Shown here in pieces: positions 12,463 to 26,199 of a DNA stretch of 64,000 nt. Within the stretch, counting starts at the first letter, position 1, and each line of letters starts with the position of its first letter. The notes under the pieces were generated by a model that saw only the letters and a program-made list of their open reading frames with translations, was not told the DNA's origin and made no database searches. Source of the DNA: Eledone cirrhosa (lineage: Eukaryota); the NCBI GenBank assembly GCA_964016885.1, contig OZ024740.1:246884001-246948000 (forward strand), given 5' to 3'. Both the position numbers and the translations under genes were made by a program.

Positions 12463-15072
12463 GTGGCTTTTCAATACACTGACAGTATGCTGACAAAGGA
12501 CCATCTTCCGTTATCACTTAAGAATATACCCATACCACCAAGGGGTACTTATGAAAAGCAGCTTATAACCAGCGTTAACTCGTTTGTAAGGAGAATAAGA
12601 TGGCGCACATTTCACTTCGATAGGCGCCGTAGCGCCCCACTAGAGAGTCCATCGAATAATAAGTATGGATTTAGGACATTTAGGAGCCCGCCCCATAACC
12701 CTCTACTCGATAAATTTGAGAGTGACCTATTGTCTCTCGTCCGGTCTATTAGATATAAAAGGAAAAACGGTAAGCGCAGCTGCTTCCAAACAAAGTTAGA
12801 ATCACTAGTTAAATCTTTTAAGGACAGAAATTGTATACTCGTACCCTCTGACAAGACTAGGAATATGTACAACCTGAGTTATGAAGAATACCACGGTTTC
12901 ATATACAATGAGCTACATAAAAACTATAAAAAACCACTGTAGCCAACCTAGATGAGATTAACAGGGAGGCTAAAGTGATAGTAACGAAGCTAGGACTAGA
13001 GAAATGCACACAACCTTATACCCCCCGACAACCAAGGTTCACAAAGATCATAAGGAGGACTTCGCAAGTAGCCCCTCTGTCAAGCTCATTAGCCCCTCTA
13101 AATCTGACATAGAGATTATAAGTAAAAAAATACTAGATGAAGTCATACCGAAAGTTAAAGACAGGATTAGCCTGGACCTATGGGGAAACACTGCAGAAGT
13201 GATAAAGTGGTTCTCAAGCATTAGCAACCACAAATCACTACGCTTCATCCAGTTCGATATAGAATCCTACTATACGTCTATATCCCCCATACTACTAAAT
13301 AAGGCGCTCATGATGGCAATGCGGACGGGCGGACTCACTAGATCCCAGATTGACATAGTCCTTGCCGCTCGTAAAACAATTATCACATTTGAGGATGAAT
13401 TGTGGACGCGCAAGAACACTTGTAATAACTTCGACATCACTATGGGGTCTAGCGACTCAGCGCAGGTGACAGACCTCGTCGGATTGTACTTGCTCAAGGA
13501 GCTCAACGAGCAGCTCCCACACCTCAGAGGTGGGCTATACCGTGACGACGCATTGCTTACTGTGGACATTAAACGACACAACCTAGAAAGAACTAGAAAG
13601 GACCTATATAAATTCTTCAAGAATTTAAACCTATCAATAACTATGGATAGAAATAGTAAGGTAGTCAACTTTCTAGATGCCACACTAGACCTAGATAAGT
13701 TAGAATATGCACCGTACCATAAACCTAACGAAAGGCTGACATACGTCAATGCCAGCTCCAACCACCCAGGCTCAGTCCTCAAAGCAATAGTTAAAGGAGT
13801 ATCTAGTAGGATTAGCGGACTATCTAGCAGCGTGACCGCATTTGAAGCGAACGCGGAATATTACAATAAGGCGCTAGCTGGGTCAGGGCACAAAGATAAA
13901 CTCCATTATGCTGAGACAGGCGGCACCACCCCGCCACCCCAACCCAGCACTGTAATCACGCATAATATGTCCATGGGAGTTGGAAGGAGAGCTAGAAAGA
14001 CGAATAGGGACAATAGGAAGTTAGCTAAGAACAACAACACTCGCAACGCAGACACGGATAGGGCCCACACGCCTGGTAAGCGCTATGCCGCCCCAAGCAA
14101 GTCCAACAGTGAAAACGGGGGACAGAGGCCTAGGAGACTCGAAACCAACGCACATACCACTGGGAGCCCAGCAACCACACCTGGTAGAACCCGTAATAAT
14201 ATAGACGAAGAGAGGGTAAGCAGCATAGGGGATAAGAAACGCAGTGGAAGGAATAGAAGACGTGATAGTACCTTCTTTAACCCGCCCTTCAACTCTAATG
14301 TTACTACAGACTTCCCCAAATCTTTTTTCTCTTTAATAGATAAGAACTTCTCCCGGGTAGTAGGTACGGTAGTGTCATCAATAAGAATACTATCAAGCTA
14401 TCGTACTCTACAACCCCTAATCTGGCCTCACACCTAGCTAAGACCAATAAGAGTAAGATTAAAGAGGGACTTAAGGCCATCCGAAATAGTGAACCACGCC
14501 AGTACACACGACAACACGGGACCAACCCACTGAGTGAAAGACCCAGGGGAATAATAGGCAATAGAACCGGTCCCACTAGGCAGCCCCGCGGCTGCTTGGA
14601 GGGACATGCACCCCTGATTGAGGAGCATGACCCTATTAAAAAGTGTAATTGCAGAAGGAAGGACAAATGCCCACTAGCTGGACACTGCCTTATTAGGAAC
14701 GTGGTATATGCTTGTAACGTAACCACAGACACGTATACTAAGACGTATGTGGGATCAACCGCTAACGAGTTCAAGACGAGGTTCAACGCCCACCAGCATA
14801 GCTTCCGATATGAGAAGCTTAAAAATACCACGTCGTTAGCGGGGCATATACATAACTTAAAACAAACAAAAACCCCCTACACACTAAGCTGGAGATGCCT
14901 TACTAAAGCTCCTCCATATAGCTCGTTGAGCAGGTTTTGTAGCCTGTGCCTATCTGAATCTCATGCCATAGTATTCTCAGGACTCAACTTGCTCAACAGG
15001 AGATCAGAAATCTTCTCGTCCTGCCCCCATACTATACTTAGCTCTTTCTTTTTCTTCAGACCAGACACATAG
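12463..15072 (+). pseudogene. PLE polyprotein (RT + GIY-YIG endonuclease), frameshifted
   Basis: SLKNIPIP, VPSDKTRNMY, FIQFDIESYY, MGS, GGLYRDD, VNFLD, YHKPN..SNHP, FNPPF, CNCR..CPLAGHCL..VVY..YVG, CSLCLSE, LLNRRSE; breaks near 12940-13030 and 14350. Confidence 0.93.
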
Positions 15073-17541
15073 CCCTGACACCACCCTGTCCCGCACTTGG
15101 CAGCCCCGCTGGCGAACAGGGTGCTCTTTAGTAACCCCGGCCGCATAGATGCCTCGGCTCCCCGATTGGCGATGAGGACTTTGGTGAGGAACAGACGACC
15201 CTGTGTCCCACCTGCCAACCTGGGATTGGTGGCAGCATTGTTGCTGGGCACCCTGGGGGCAGCTGATGCCTGCAATGTAGGACATTGTGAGTGCCTGGAC
15301 CCACGTTGACTAATCTGGGAAGGTGCCGTCGGAGATGTATGTCAACAAACTCGAGAACATGCCCAGGGAAACAGTAACAAAACACCCAATATGGCGGCCG
15401 CTCCCTGCCTATAACCACTCACCCCCACCCCCTCCCTTAGTAAACCCCCGCCCAAATAGATGCCCCTCCCCATTCTCCCCCACTCACATCTTTTGAGTTA
15501 GTTCTTTATTATCAGTGATTAGTTCTTTACTAATAGGAATTTTTTGTATTTTACCACAGTCGACTTAATGGGCTTGGAGAGTTGACTCCCTTGAAGTCTG
15601 ACCACTCGATAAGTTAGGCGTTGTGCCCCTTGAACAGGGGTGTGTCTAGCTGGTCTACCTGCTGTCTGCTACTACCCGAGACTGGACACGGTCGTAGCCA
15701 CAGGCCAGCGCGTGCGCAATAGCATAGAATATATATTTTCTGCTAGTCACCCCGTGTAATATGATACCCCAAGATTCCATACATGAGATTCACCGAAGCA
15801 TGCGCAGTCTTAACCGGGAGATGACATGCGAACTTGAAAATACCACAAGTGAGACCCTTTGGATAGCGTAGACGCCGGACCATACCCGCAAATATATACC
15901 CTGATCTGTCTTGAATATACAGGGCTGACGGAATATGGATAACACGACCACCAGCTAAGCTGGAACCGACCCATACACCAAACAAAGAGGGGACAGCCCT
16001 TCACTTTTGACCAGTCGCGCGTGGGCTTGGAGTTCGTAATATACCACCACAGTCAAATCCACACTGGTTTTTTTTTACCAATATAGCATGTAGACCAATA
16101 CATCCTATGTAGCGAGACCTTGGACTTAGAACCGGCAGGCTGGTCTATCGCAAAAGCGTGCAACCCCCGAAACTAAAAGATCGAACGGACCACACCCAGC
16201 AACCACTAACTATTAGATCCACAGGTACATTTCCCAGAGAGTCCACGCAGCTGATAGTGAATCCCAGTTGATCCGTGAACTATGAACTTTTAAACAAGAC
16301 CAACAGTGCCTGGAGCTATGCAGATGACTACATACGCATAATGGATATCGCGCCCACACGGTCACCAGTACTGTTCATCCTGTTGTATGTATGTAAATAT
16401 CCGTGCGCGGGATATCCCTGAGTCCATTTTCTTGACCATCAATTGTTAATTGATTGTTTGTTAATTAGGCAGGAATATACCATTATGTCTGTGCTAATCC
16501 TATGTGTTACTGTATGTGTGTAAAGTATCCGAGCGCGGGATATCCCTGAGCTAATTTTGCCTGACTGTTAATAGTGTATTGATTACTGGTTAATTAGGCA
16601 GGAATATATTATTATGTCTTTGTTAATCCTGTATCAATAATTTTATGATAATTTTTTGTGATAATACATTGTTAGATTACTGAAGCTACATGTTATAATT
16701 ATTGTCTTTTTGCTTATGTATTTTCTTATTTACCACTTTCTTTAATCTTGCCCAACTTGATAAACTCTTTGAATTGCTCCCTAATTAAATTACTTAAATT
16801 ACTTAAATTATTGTATCTATTATGCCTAAGTTGTATCTGTTGAAGCAGCCCTTTGAAAATTCCTCGGATATCCCAAATACCGTAATTTTTAACTTTTAAT
16901 GTATAATTTTCCTCAATTCGTTTTTATATATATCCTTAAAGGCTCTCTAAAATTTTAATTCTTCGAAGGGTCTCTCGGAGGAAGTTCCTATTAAAAATAT
17001 TAAAGGGGCCTTTTCTGAGAGATTTATAGAAGGCTCTTTGAATTAACCTTTAAGTGATTAGTTTCTTTCAACTTAGTAGGGAATATCAAAAATTCGTAAG
17101 TTTTCAGAAATTTGTAAACGTGATCTCGGGGGAAGAAAGTTTTTTTCTTTGGGAAAATATTTTTTTCTCTCGAAGTAATTTCATAGGAAACTTTATATTT
17201 TTTAGGGAAACTTTATATTTTTATTTTTTATTTTATTAGCCTCTTAATTTCTTCTAGTTTATTAGGCTTATTGGAGCCTGTAAGCTTTATGCACTTATTG
17301 AGGGATTTTTTAAGGTGCTTCTACGGGATCCCAAGTCTTTTAGTTTACTGTTAATGCGTAAATTATATATTATCTAATTTTTAACCTTCAATCCCTGACC
17401 CCGACAACTAATATAAAAGAGCCCCCTTAGAATATAGACCCCAACTATACAAGCGGAGCTGCTGATGTATACCACAATTTCAAACTGCTAGCCTTGAGTG
17501 ATACGTTGATGTAAATAATGATCTTACAATCACATGTTATA

Positions 17542-17588
17542 TGCCTTGAAAAGTCCCACCATATGGTCGGACGAAACGGCTGTCGGCA
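17542..17588 (+). ncRNA. Hammerhead ribozyme, U3-A8 variant (3' pLTR)
   Basis: Same sequence as 12207-12253. Confidence 0.85.
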
Positions 17589-17743
17589 ATAAACTCGTTA
17601 TAATGTCATAATAGTTCCTTTGTTCTTTTTCACTAATATTTCTGCTCTGCGTATACGCATAGAGCTTAACTAGCTACCGTCACATATTTGGTAGGTCAGA
17701 CGTGATCATCGCGATTCACATACGACCTACCATACATCTTGCT

Positions 17744-17834
<91 letters not shown>

Positions 17835-18301
17835 CGATCGAAGTAGACAAACTGAGTTTGTGCTAGTACGTTGAACCTTCCTACTCTCTCGATGACATGA
17901 CGGGACTTGCACTTCCGAAGTGCCAGTTCGCGATTCTGTGTACTGCATGATACGTTGAATTAATATTATAGATACATTAAATATACATGAACATGTAGAA
18001 TATATTAAGAAATACAGAAACTTTCAACTTACGAAAGAGAATTAATATAAGTGAATCAAACTAGACAAACACATATATACATACATCACTCATACACGCG
18101 CACGCGCACGGGAACGAAAAGATAGGTTTTCTATTCTCCCGCCACCACGTAAAATTTGTAAATCGGTGGCTAGTCGAGGGACAGAGTTGTATCGAATTCC
18201 AGTTGCTAATCGCTTTACCGTGTCGGTTGTCACAAACAGTCATGACCGACATGGGCTGGGGTTTGGATTCTGTCAATCGATTGGTTGTTGATTAGGCGAT
18301 A

Positions 18302-18412
18302 CCCGCCGATGAAGCCGCATAAGTCGAGTGTGCATTGTTACATAATATATGCAGACGGATGGTGCACTGCACCTTACTGCTGCATTAATTGCGGCCGAAA
18401 TTCGAGTCCGGG
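18302..18412 (+). ncRNA. Type I hammerhead ribozyme with extended stem II (C4 variant)
   Basis: CCCG-CCGATGA-a-GCCGCA..~70 nt..TGCGGC-c-GAAAT-tcga-GTC-CGGG. Confidence 0.7.
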
Positions 18413-18554
18413 AACCATTATAGGCACCCGTTTTACGTGTGTTGTATTGAAGCAAATAACTATGTGTATACTCTGGGAATGTATCTTAAATTGCCTATTG
18501 AGTACGCTGAGATACAGCCGGTACTGGCATTGATAAATATGCTGGGTCCGTCAA

Positions 18555-18733
18555 CAGTATCGGTAGAGGCTCGGACGCCATGCTTCGACGCATAGAGTTA
18601 CAGCCCTTGCCATTCTGAGTTCAAATCCCGCCGAGGTTAACTTTGCCTTTCATCCTTACGGGGTCGATAAAATAAAGTACCAGTAATACACTGGGTAATT
18701 GCTGGCCTTGTGCCAAAAGTAGAAACAATTATT
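18555..18733 (+). mobile_element. SINE family A, 5'-truncated
   Basis: Matches the family consensus seen in the window. Confidence 0.9.
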
Positions 18734-19225
18734 ATATAAATATATATATATATATAAATATATACTGCTATCCTCTTTCTCTCTCCCCCTTCTCTCTCCT
18801 TCTCCCTCTTACTTTCACTCACCCCCTCGCCTAGCCTCTTCCTCCCACTTTCACTCACTCTCTGCTACTCACCCTCTCTCTCACTTCCTCCAACGTCCCA
18901 CACCGTACGCGATCCTTTTCCTCGCTCACATCCGTATGGCTAAGATATATCTTTATTTCCTCGTAAAAATTCGCCCGTTCTTATGTTCGAAATGAATTAT
19001 TGACTTGATTTTTCATTTTTTCCTCTCTTTACGTTGCCTCACCATTCGTGTCTGTTTACTTGTCTTTCTCTTTCTCCAGCCAACTCTTTTTTTATCCCAA
19101 TAACATATTTTAGTTATTGTATCGCTCTAGCTGGAGGTATATTGTCTGTAATGCGAAGAACTACCTATGATGTCTAGTAGAAAACTGATGATGGATAATC
19201 CTGATTTCTATTTCTAATTCTTCAT

Positions 19226-20081
<856 letters not shown>

Positions 20082-20355
20082 GGGTGTGCGTGTTTGTGTG
20101 TGAGTGATGTGTGCATATATGTGCATATATGAGTGCACTTATGACTGGATGTGTGGGTAGAGTGGGCAGTCATTGCGTTCCGTATATCGGCGTTAAAATG
20201 TGTGAAAAAGTAACTATTCAACAAGAGAATGAGTCATCAGTTTATTTATTTTATAATTTAATAGAACTACAGACAATAAATCACTTCACAGTTGTATAAA
20301 CAGTATTGCAAATATTGATGGAAATATGAAAGAAAGAAGGAAAAAAGATGAAAAC

Positions 20356-20438
<83 letters not shown>

Positions 20439-20611
20439 AACACACACATAAAATATGTATGAACAGATTCAGGACCCCGACGGCTGAGCTCAGCCGTTGG
20501 AGTCCGTAAAATATTTTTCATATTACCCACTCTACTACCCTAGGTATCAAGTACTCTGGTGGGTTATGGTCCACCTGGTAATTTACCTTCCCCCCATATA
20601 TATATATATAT

Positions 20612-20651
<40 letters not shown>

Positions 20652-21537
20652 GCAAGAAATGAAGTAAGCTGTATGGTTACTGTAAACAAAGTTTAGGATG
20701 ATGATATGGACGAAACAAGAGAAGAAATCCTTCATCAGCTGTAAAACGTAGATCATAGATGTTTCGGCTCTCAAAAGCGAGCAGCGACGCGCCCAAGGCC
20801 TTTTATCGATCAAAAGGCCAGAAGGGAAAGAAAATAAAAAAAATAAAATAAAAAGGAAAAGTAGTGAGGAGAGGAAGAAAGAGAAAAAAAACGAAGTAAT
20901 CAGACCGAAGGAGGGGGGGGGGGGTGAAGGATAATGGAACATGCAAGTTAGTATGAGATATCGTTTAAGGCAATCCAAGTAGAAGTTATGAGTACTCTGT
21001 ATCGAGGATAGTTTTAACATTCGGCGTTGTTTGACTCAACAAGAAGTTTCCTTAGTCGGAGGGCCGGTTTAAGAATGTTCCTAGGTAAGCGGTTCTTGGA
21101 GTAATAATAGTAAATGAGTGAAGAATAACATGGATCGGCTGAACAATAGGGTTTATTCAGGGCCAGATTTAGATTTGATGAGGCCCTAAGCTATTTGAGA
21201 TAGTGGGGCCCTTTATATGTCCAGATGTCCTATGTCAGCGACAAACTGTCGCTGTTTTTTGCGTTTAATATACTATATGATTTTTTAGGACCTAATATAT
21301 ATCAAAAGCCATTTGCACTTGATAAAATATGTATTTTATCAAAGTTATTAAATTGAAATACATTTGGAAGAAGTATATTAATAGTGAAATAATTATTAAT
21401 CTCCAACTCAAAATTATTTTTTATTCATAACAAACTTAATAATGCAAACACTTCGGTAAAAAAACAAAAGTTCTTTTAAAAAACACAATTTACAAAGGCT
21501 TATAATCTAATCTCTAGAAACTTGCTATAAGGAATAA

Positions 21538-24243
21538 TTATATTAATGCATCTACTTTCTTTCTTGCCTTTGCCAGAGAAAAATCACTGATGATATCATC
21601 AAATGATAAACTGCGTAGTTTGTCACTTTCTATGCACATGAGAGTGAGGGAACATAATTTATCTTGAGTCATTGTTGTTCTAAATTCATTTTTTATCCTC
21701 TTCAGCTGAGAAAAAGATCTTTCTCCAGGGCAATTTGCAATCATCAAACTAAGAAACATTCTCAAAATTGTTTCTACTTTAGGGAATTCTGATTGTACAT
21801 GATCGTTAAATATTACTCGATACAGATCCTGATGTGTCAGACTATCATGTTCCTGTGAATCATTGCTTTGACTATGTCTAACATATTGATGAAAATGCTG
21901 AAGTTCTCCAACAAGGTTCATGTCCACATCTTCAGGGGCACTAACTCCTTCACGAATCTCTTCTTCTGTAGCATTTAATTTTGTTAAGAATGAAAACCTT
22001 TTTGCAGCATCATTGTATACTGATGCCCTCTGTGCCAGATTTGACTCTAATGCATCCAACACAGGTATAAAGGCTTTGACTCTGAAATTGTCTCTTGGCT
22101 CAAGGTTCTCTAAAGCATCATCTTCATCATCGATATGCCTTCTTCTAGATCTGCTTTTCTTGTAATCAACATCAGGCAATTTTTCCTTTGCCTGTTCTTC
22201 AAAATGATCGAAAAGATCCCTGGTACCTTTAACAAAATCCAAAAGTGAAGCATACAATTTCCTACATACATCTAGACTAACTTTGGGGTCTGGCAGTGAT
22301 TGAATAGTCTTGTGAAATTCATCCAGCAAATAACTCCACAAATATAACATTACCATGAATTCAAACTCCTCCATTTTATTCAAAATATTTATGGCTTGAT
22401 TTCTTGTTTCGCCTTTCTCTGTAGTATCAATATGCAGTTGATGCAATGCAGGAATTATTCCATCATAACTATCAAGTTTTGCACTCGTGGCCATTGGATG
22501 TGCTTCCCATCTAGTCTTTGAAAAAGACTTTGGAACTTTTGAATCATCTTTGAAGAATGACAACAGTTTGCCCATCTATGTGTAGATGATGAAAAGAAAT
22601 TGTATTTTTCTTGAACAATTCCAAAAAAGTTTACTGGATCTAAGCAACAGTCAACTGCTGCTCTACCAACAAGATTCAAAGAATGACCGGCACATGGAAT
22701 ATAGATAGCATACTTATTAATCTTCAATATTATTTCTTGCATTAGGGCGGTGGATTGGCAGTATCAGGAGAGAGTCGGGCGCCATGCTTTGCAGCAAAGA
22801 GTTACGGTCCTTTATGATCTGAGTTCAAATCCCGCCGAGGTTAACTTTGCCTTTCATCCTCACGGGGTCGATAAAATAAAGTACTAGTCACGCACTGGGG
22901 TCGATTTAATCGACTTTCCTCTCCCCCCAAATCACTGGCCTTGTGCCTATATAAGAAACCAATATTATTTCTTGCATACCCTTGTATTTGCCAGACATAT
23001 TGGTAGCATTATCATATGACTGGCCTCGACACTTACTAAAATCTATTTGTACTCATTTGTAAGGTATGCGTGCACCATCCTAGCCATACATTCCCCTGTG
23101 TGGCTACCCATCTCTAGGTCTAGGAAGGTTAGAAAACGTTCAATAGGGAGCCCATCATCTGGTGAAACATACGTTACAATAACAGTGAGCTGATCAATAT
23201 GGGACCGGTCTGGAGTGGAATCTACAGATAAACTGAAGTACCCTGCAGTTCTTAAATCATCCAAAATTGATTCTCTTACTTTATATGCCATAATTTGGAT
23301 AAATTCATCACATATTGTTTTAGAAAGATAAGATGTGACACCTGATCCTTTATTCCCAAATTCTTTTATATGGTTTGCTAGAAAAGGATCAAATTTTACA
23401 ATAAGTTCAAGTAATCCAAGGAAATTGCCATTGTGAGGAGAACCAAATATTTCCTTATCTCCTCTGAAAGGTAAACCACGCTCTGCCATAGTAATTATGA
23501 CTGCCACAACTTTTTCAAGAACATGTTTCCAGTACTGCAGTGTAGTATTTATCTGTTCTGCTAGTTGGCAGTCAATTATTGAGTCACGTTTTCTTGTAAG
23601 ATGTTACCGAAGCTGTTCTATGGTCTACAGAATGTTCATGACTTTGAACTAAATAGGTGTTGCGCCAATCACAAAATCCATCTGATGATAATGCTGTAGA
23701 AGAATTTGAAAAGAGTTTGCACATAAAACAGTATACACGACCAGTTTCTGGTGAATGTACTAACCATTCCCTGCAGTGTTTTTCACCATTAGCCCGTTTG
23801 GGATAGAACAAACTTTTTGAGCAATATCTGTCTTGGTTTGCAAAAAACTTCTTTGACTTTTCAAATGAACCATTTGAGTGCTGACACCCTGACGGACCTT
23901 TTTCTACCCAGTATATAATGTCACCCCATAGCCCAACATCATTCTGTTTGATTTTTGATGTTGAATCTTCTGTGCTTGTACTACTGTCTGGTTTGTAAAT
24001 CTTAATATTTCTTGCTTCATTCGTTGAAGCTGATTCTATAGAACTAGATGTACCAGGTTCTGTATCAGTCATGGGATGAATATCCCATGACTGACTCACT
24101 GTGGTAGAGGCTTTGGGTTCATCAGGCCCCTTATCTATCTTTGTTAAGAAACTTTCTAATTTTGGTAAGTTGCTAAGCTCTTCTTCAGCTTTCTGCTTCT
24201 TCTTCCTCTTTTGAGCTCCACTTTTATAACTTCTGGTTGACAT
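21538..24243 (-). pseudogene. hAT transposase, disrupted by stop, frameshifts and a SINE
   Basis: SGAQKRK, WL..VYCFMCKLF..GFCDW..HE.S..H, LPFRG..GNFLGLL, FSLSVDSTPD, CAGHSLNL, TRW, ERSFSQLKRIKNEFRTTM. Confidence 0.92.
22744..22977 (+). mobile_element. SINE family A variant inserted in the hAT transposase
   Basis: Flanked by the duplication CAATATTATTT(T)CTTGCAT. Confidence 0.88.
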
Positions 24244-24927
24244 TTTGTAAACTGTGGGCAAAAAATTTAAAATAACTATAAACATATATATAAAATGTAT
24301 TGCTGACATTTTTAAGAATTCATAATTTGTATTAGTTATATATTTAATTATATATTAGTTATATATTTAATTTTATATTAGTTATATATTTAATAGTAAA
24401 ATGCATGAGAAATATGGAATGATGATCATTGATCAACTACAATAATTATAAATATAATGCAGGAAAAAATGTTTCCCGCATTCTTTACTCCTACCTGGAA
24501 CTGTATTAGTAAATAATTGTTTCTACTTTAGGCACAAGGCCAGCAATTACCCAGTGCATTACTGGTACTTTATTTTATCGACCCCGTAAGGATGAAAGGC
24601 AAAGTCAACCTCGTCAATTGTATTAGTAAATCATAATAAAGGTACAAGCCTACTAAGTATACAGATGAATATTTGTTAAAGTAATATTTAATAGGACCAA
24701 AATAAATAAATTATATATTATCTATATATATAAAATTGTACTGTCTGTCTGTTTGTTCACAAAGAATAGAACATGAGAAAATGTTATAAAAAATGCAAAA
24801 CGTTCAGTATTAAAGCAGAAAAGTTTAAATCTATTGCATTATTTTAGTTCTTTTTTATCTTATATTTTGGAAATGTACATACCGTTTTTTTTTTTCAATT
24901 TTTTCGGGGCCCCAAGAAAGTGTGTGT

Positions 24928-24958
<31 letters not shown>

Positions 24959-25021
24959 GGGGGGGGGCTAAGCTATAGCTTGTTTAGCTTATACGTAAAT
25001 TCCACTCTGGGTTTATTCAAA

Positions 25022-25130
25022 GTATTAACAATTGTTTCATTAGTCAGATGTATCTAAAAATCGCTGTTCGCAAGATGTTACATCACTCGATTTTAATTAC
25101 ATTCGATATCCGACCAAATCATCATAATCC
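25022..25130 (-). ncRNA. Degenerate hammerhead-like motif
   Basis: Reverse complement gATT-ATGATGA-tTTGGTCGG...CTGACTAA-t-GAAAC-aatt-GTT-AAT, then AATAAA; C3 mutated. Confidence 0.5.
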
Positions 25131-25705
25131 AGAGGGAGGTGCAATGATCAGCGGGGGTACTGGGATATAGGCGTAAAATATAGTATTAATAATAATAACA
25201 GCGTGGAAAAAATAACAAAAAAGTGGTATGGAGAGATGATACGATAAAGAAGATAATGCAGAACATTTAAGGTTGCTTAACAGTGTAATAAAATGGGATG
25301 TGATGAGACGAAGGGATAATGGCGACAGTCAAATAAAGTGGGGTGTGATGAGACGAAGGGATAATGGCGACAGCCAAATAAAGTGGGGTGTGATGAATTA
25401 AATAGATGAAATAGTAAAATATGAAATAAATTGAGTAGTGACGCGCGTTTCGCTATTGATCAGCTCAAAGTTCGATCTGTATCGATCTAGCCCGACTCTG
25501 GAATCAAACTCTCGTCGGACCTCTGCTCTGGTAATGACAGAATCTGTCAATAGTGAAACGCGCGTCACTACTCAATAAACGTAATGAAGACATACATCGT
25601 CCTTTCTATTATTATTATAATTACACTGCTTAATTTTACACCTTTTATACCGACTGGAAACTATGCATCGAGTGCTCACTCTGGTGAGCCTACGGGAACT
25701 GGACG

Positions 25706-25759
<54 letters not shown>

Positions 25760-26199
25760 GTCAGGTGGTCAGCGGTCAGCGGCGGACGTGCATTTTTCGC
25801 TCCTCGCCAAAAACCTTAAAGTATCCGAAAGCATCCTATTTACAACACAACCGTCTCAATCCTCAAAGGTCACGTGTCTGAAGTTTAAATGTTCCGTATG
25901 TTTATTTATTATTATTTATTTTTTTAGAACCAATTAATTTGGTTTTTTGATATTCATGTTTTGGAAACGTGAGCAGTATATCTCCTTTCATATCGTAGAC
26001 GTTAAGTTGAGTATAAATTAAATGTATATGTATGTATTGTTTTTATTAGTTTATATCTTGGAAAACACTGAACAATGTTAAAAAGGAGAGCAAGAAAAGA
26101 TCGCCAATGATAGAATAAAAAAAAAAAGAATGAAGTCTATAAATAATGAACACAACCACAAGGATATGATCCGAACGTGGAAGATCCGAACTCACACTG

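Larger units (their letters stand above)
11753..17745 (+). mobile_element. Nearly full-length Penelope-like retroelement (Naiad-type) with inverted 5' pLTR, 5' pLTR and 3' pLTR
   Basis: 11753-12025 is the inverse of ~12030-12303. ~12030-12410 is apparently identical to ~17365-17745. RT-GIY-YIG ORF lies between them. Flanked by (TA)n. Confidence 0.95.
21158..25009 (-). mobile_element. hAT-superfamily DNA transposon (ZMYM1/Tip100-like)
   Basis: 8-bp TSD GGTTTATT at 21150-21157 and 25010-25017; imperfect TIRs CAGGGCCAGATTTA / CAGAGTGGAATTTA. Confidence 0.92.

Noticed and set aside
14437-15072. Selenocysteine recoding in the Naiad endonuclease
   Set aside because: The corrected frame is open with TGT/TGC codons and no in-frame TGA; the breaks are frameshifts
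25296-25395. ~43-bp tandem repeats
   Set aside because: Head-to-tail minisatellite without spacers; not a CRISPR array, and the context is eukaryotic
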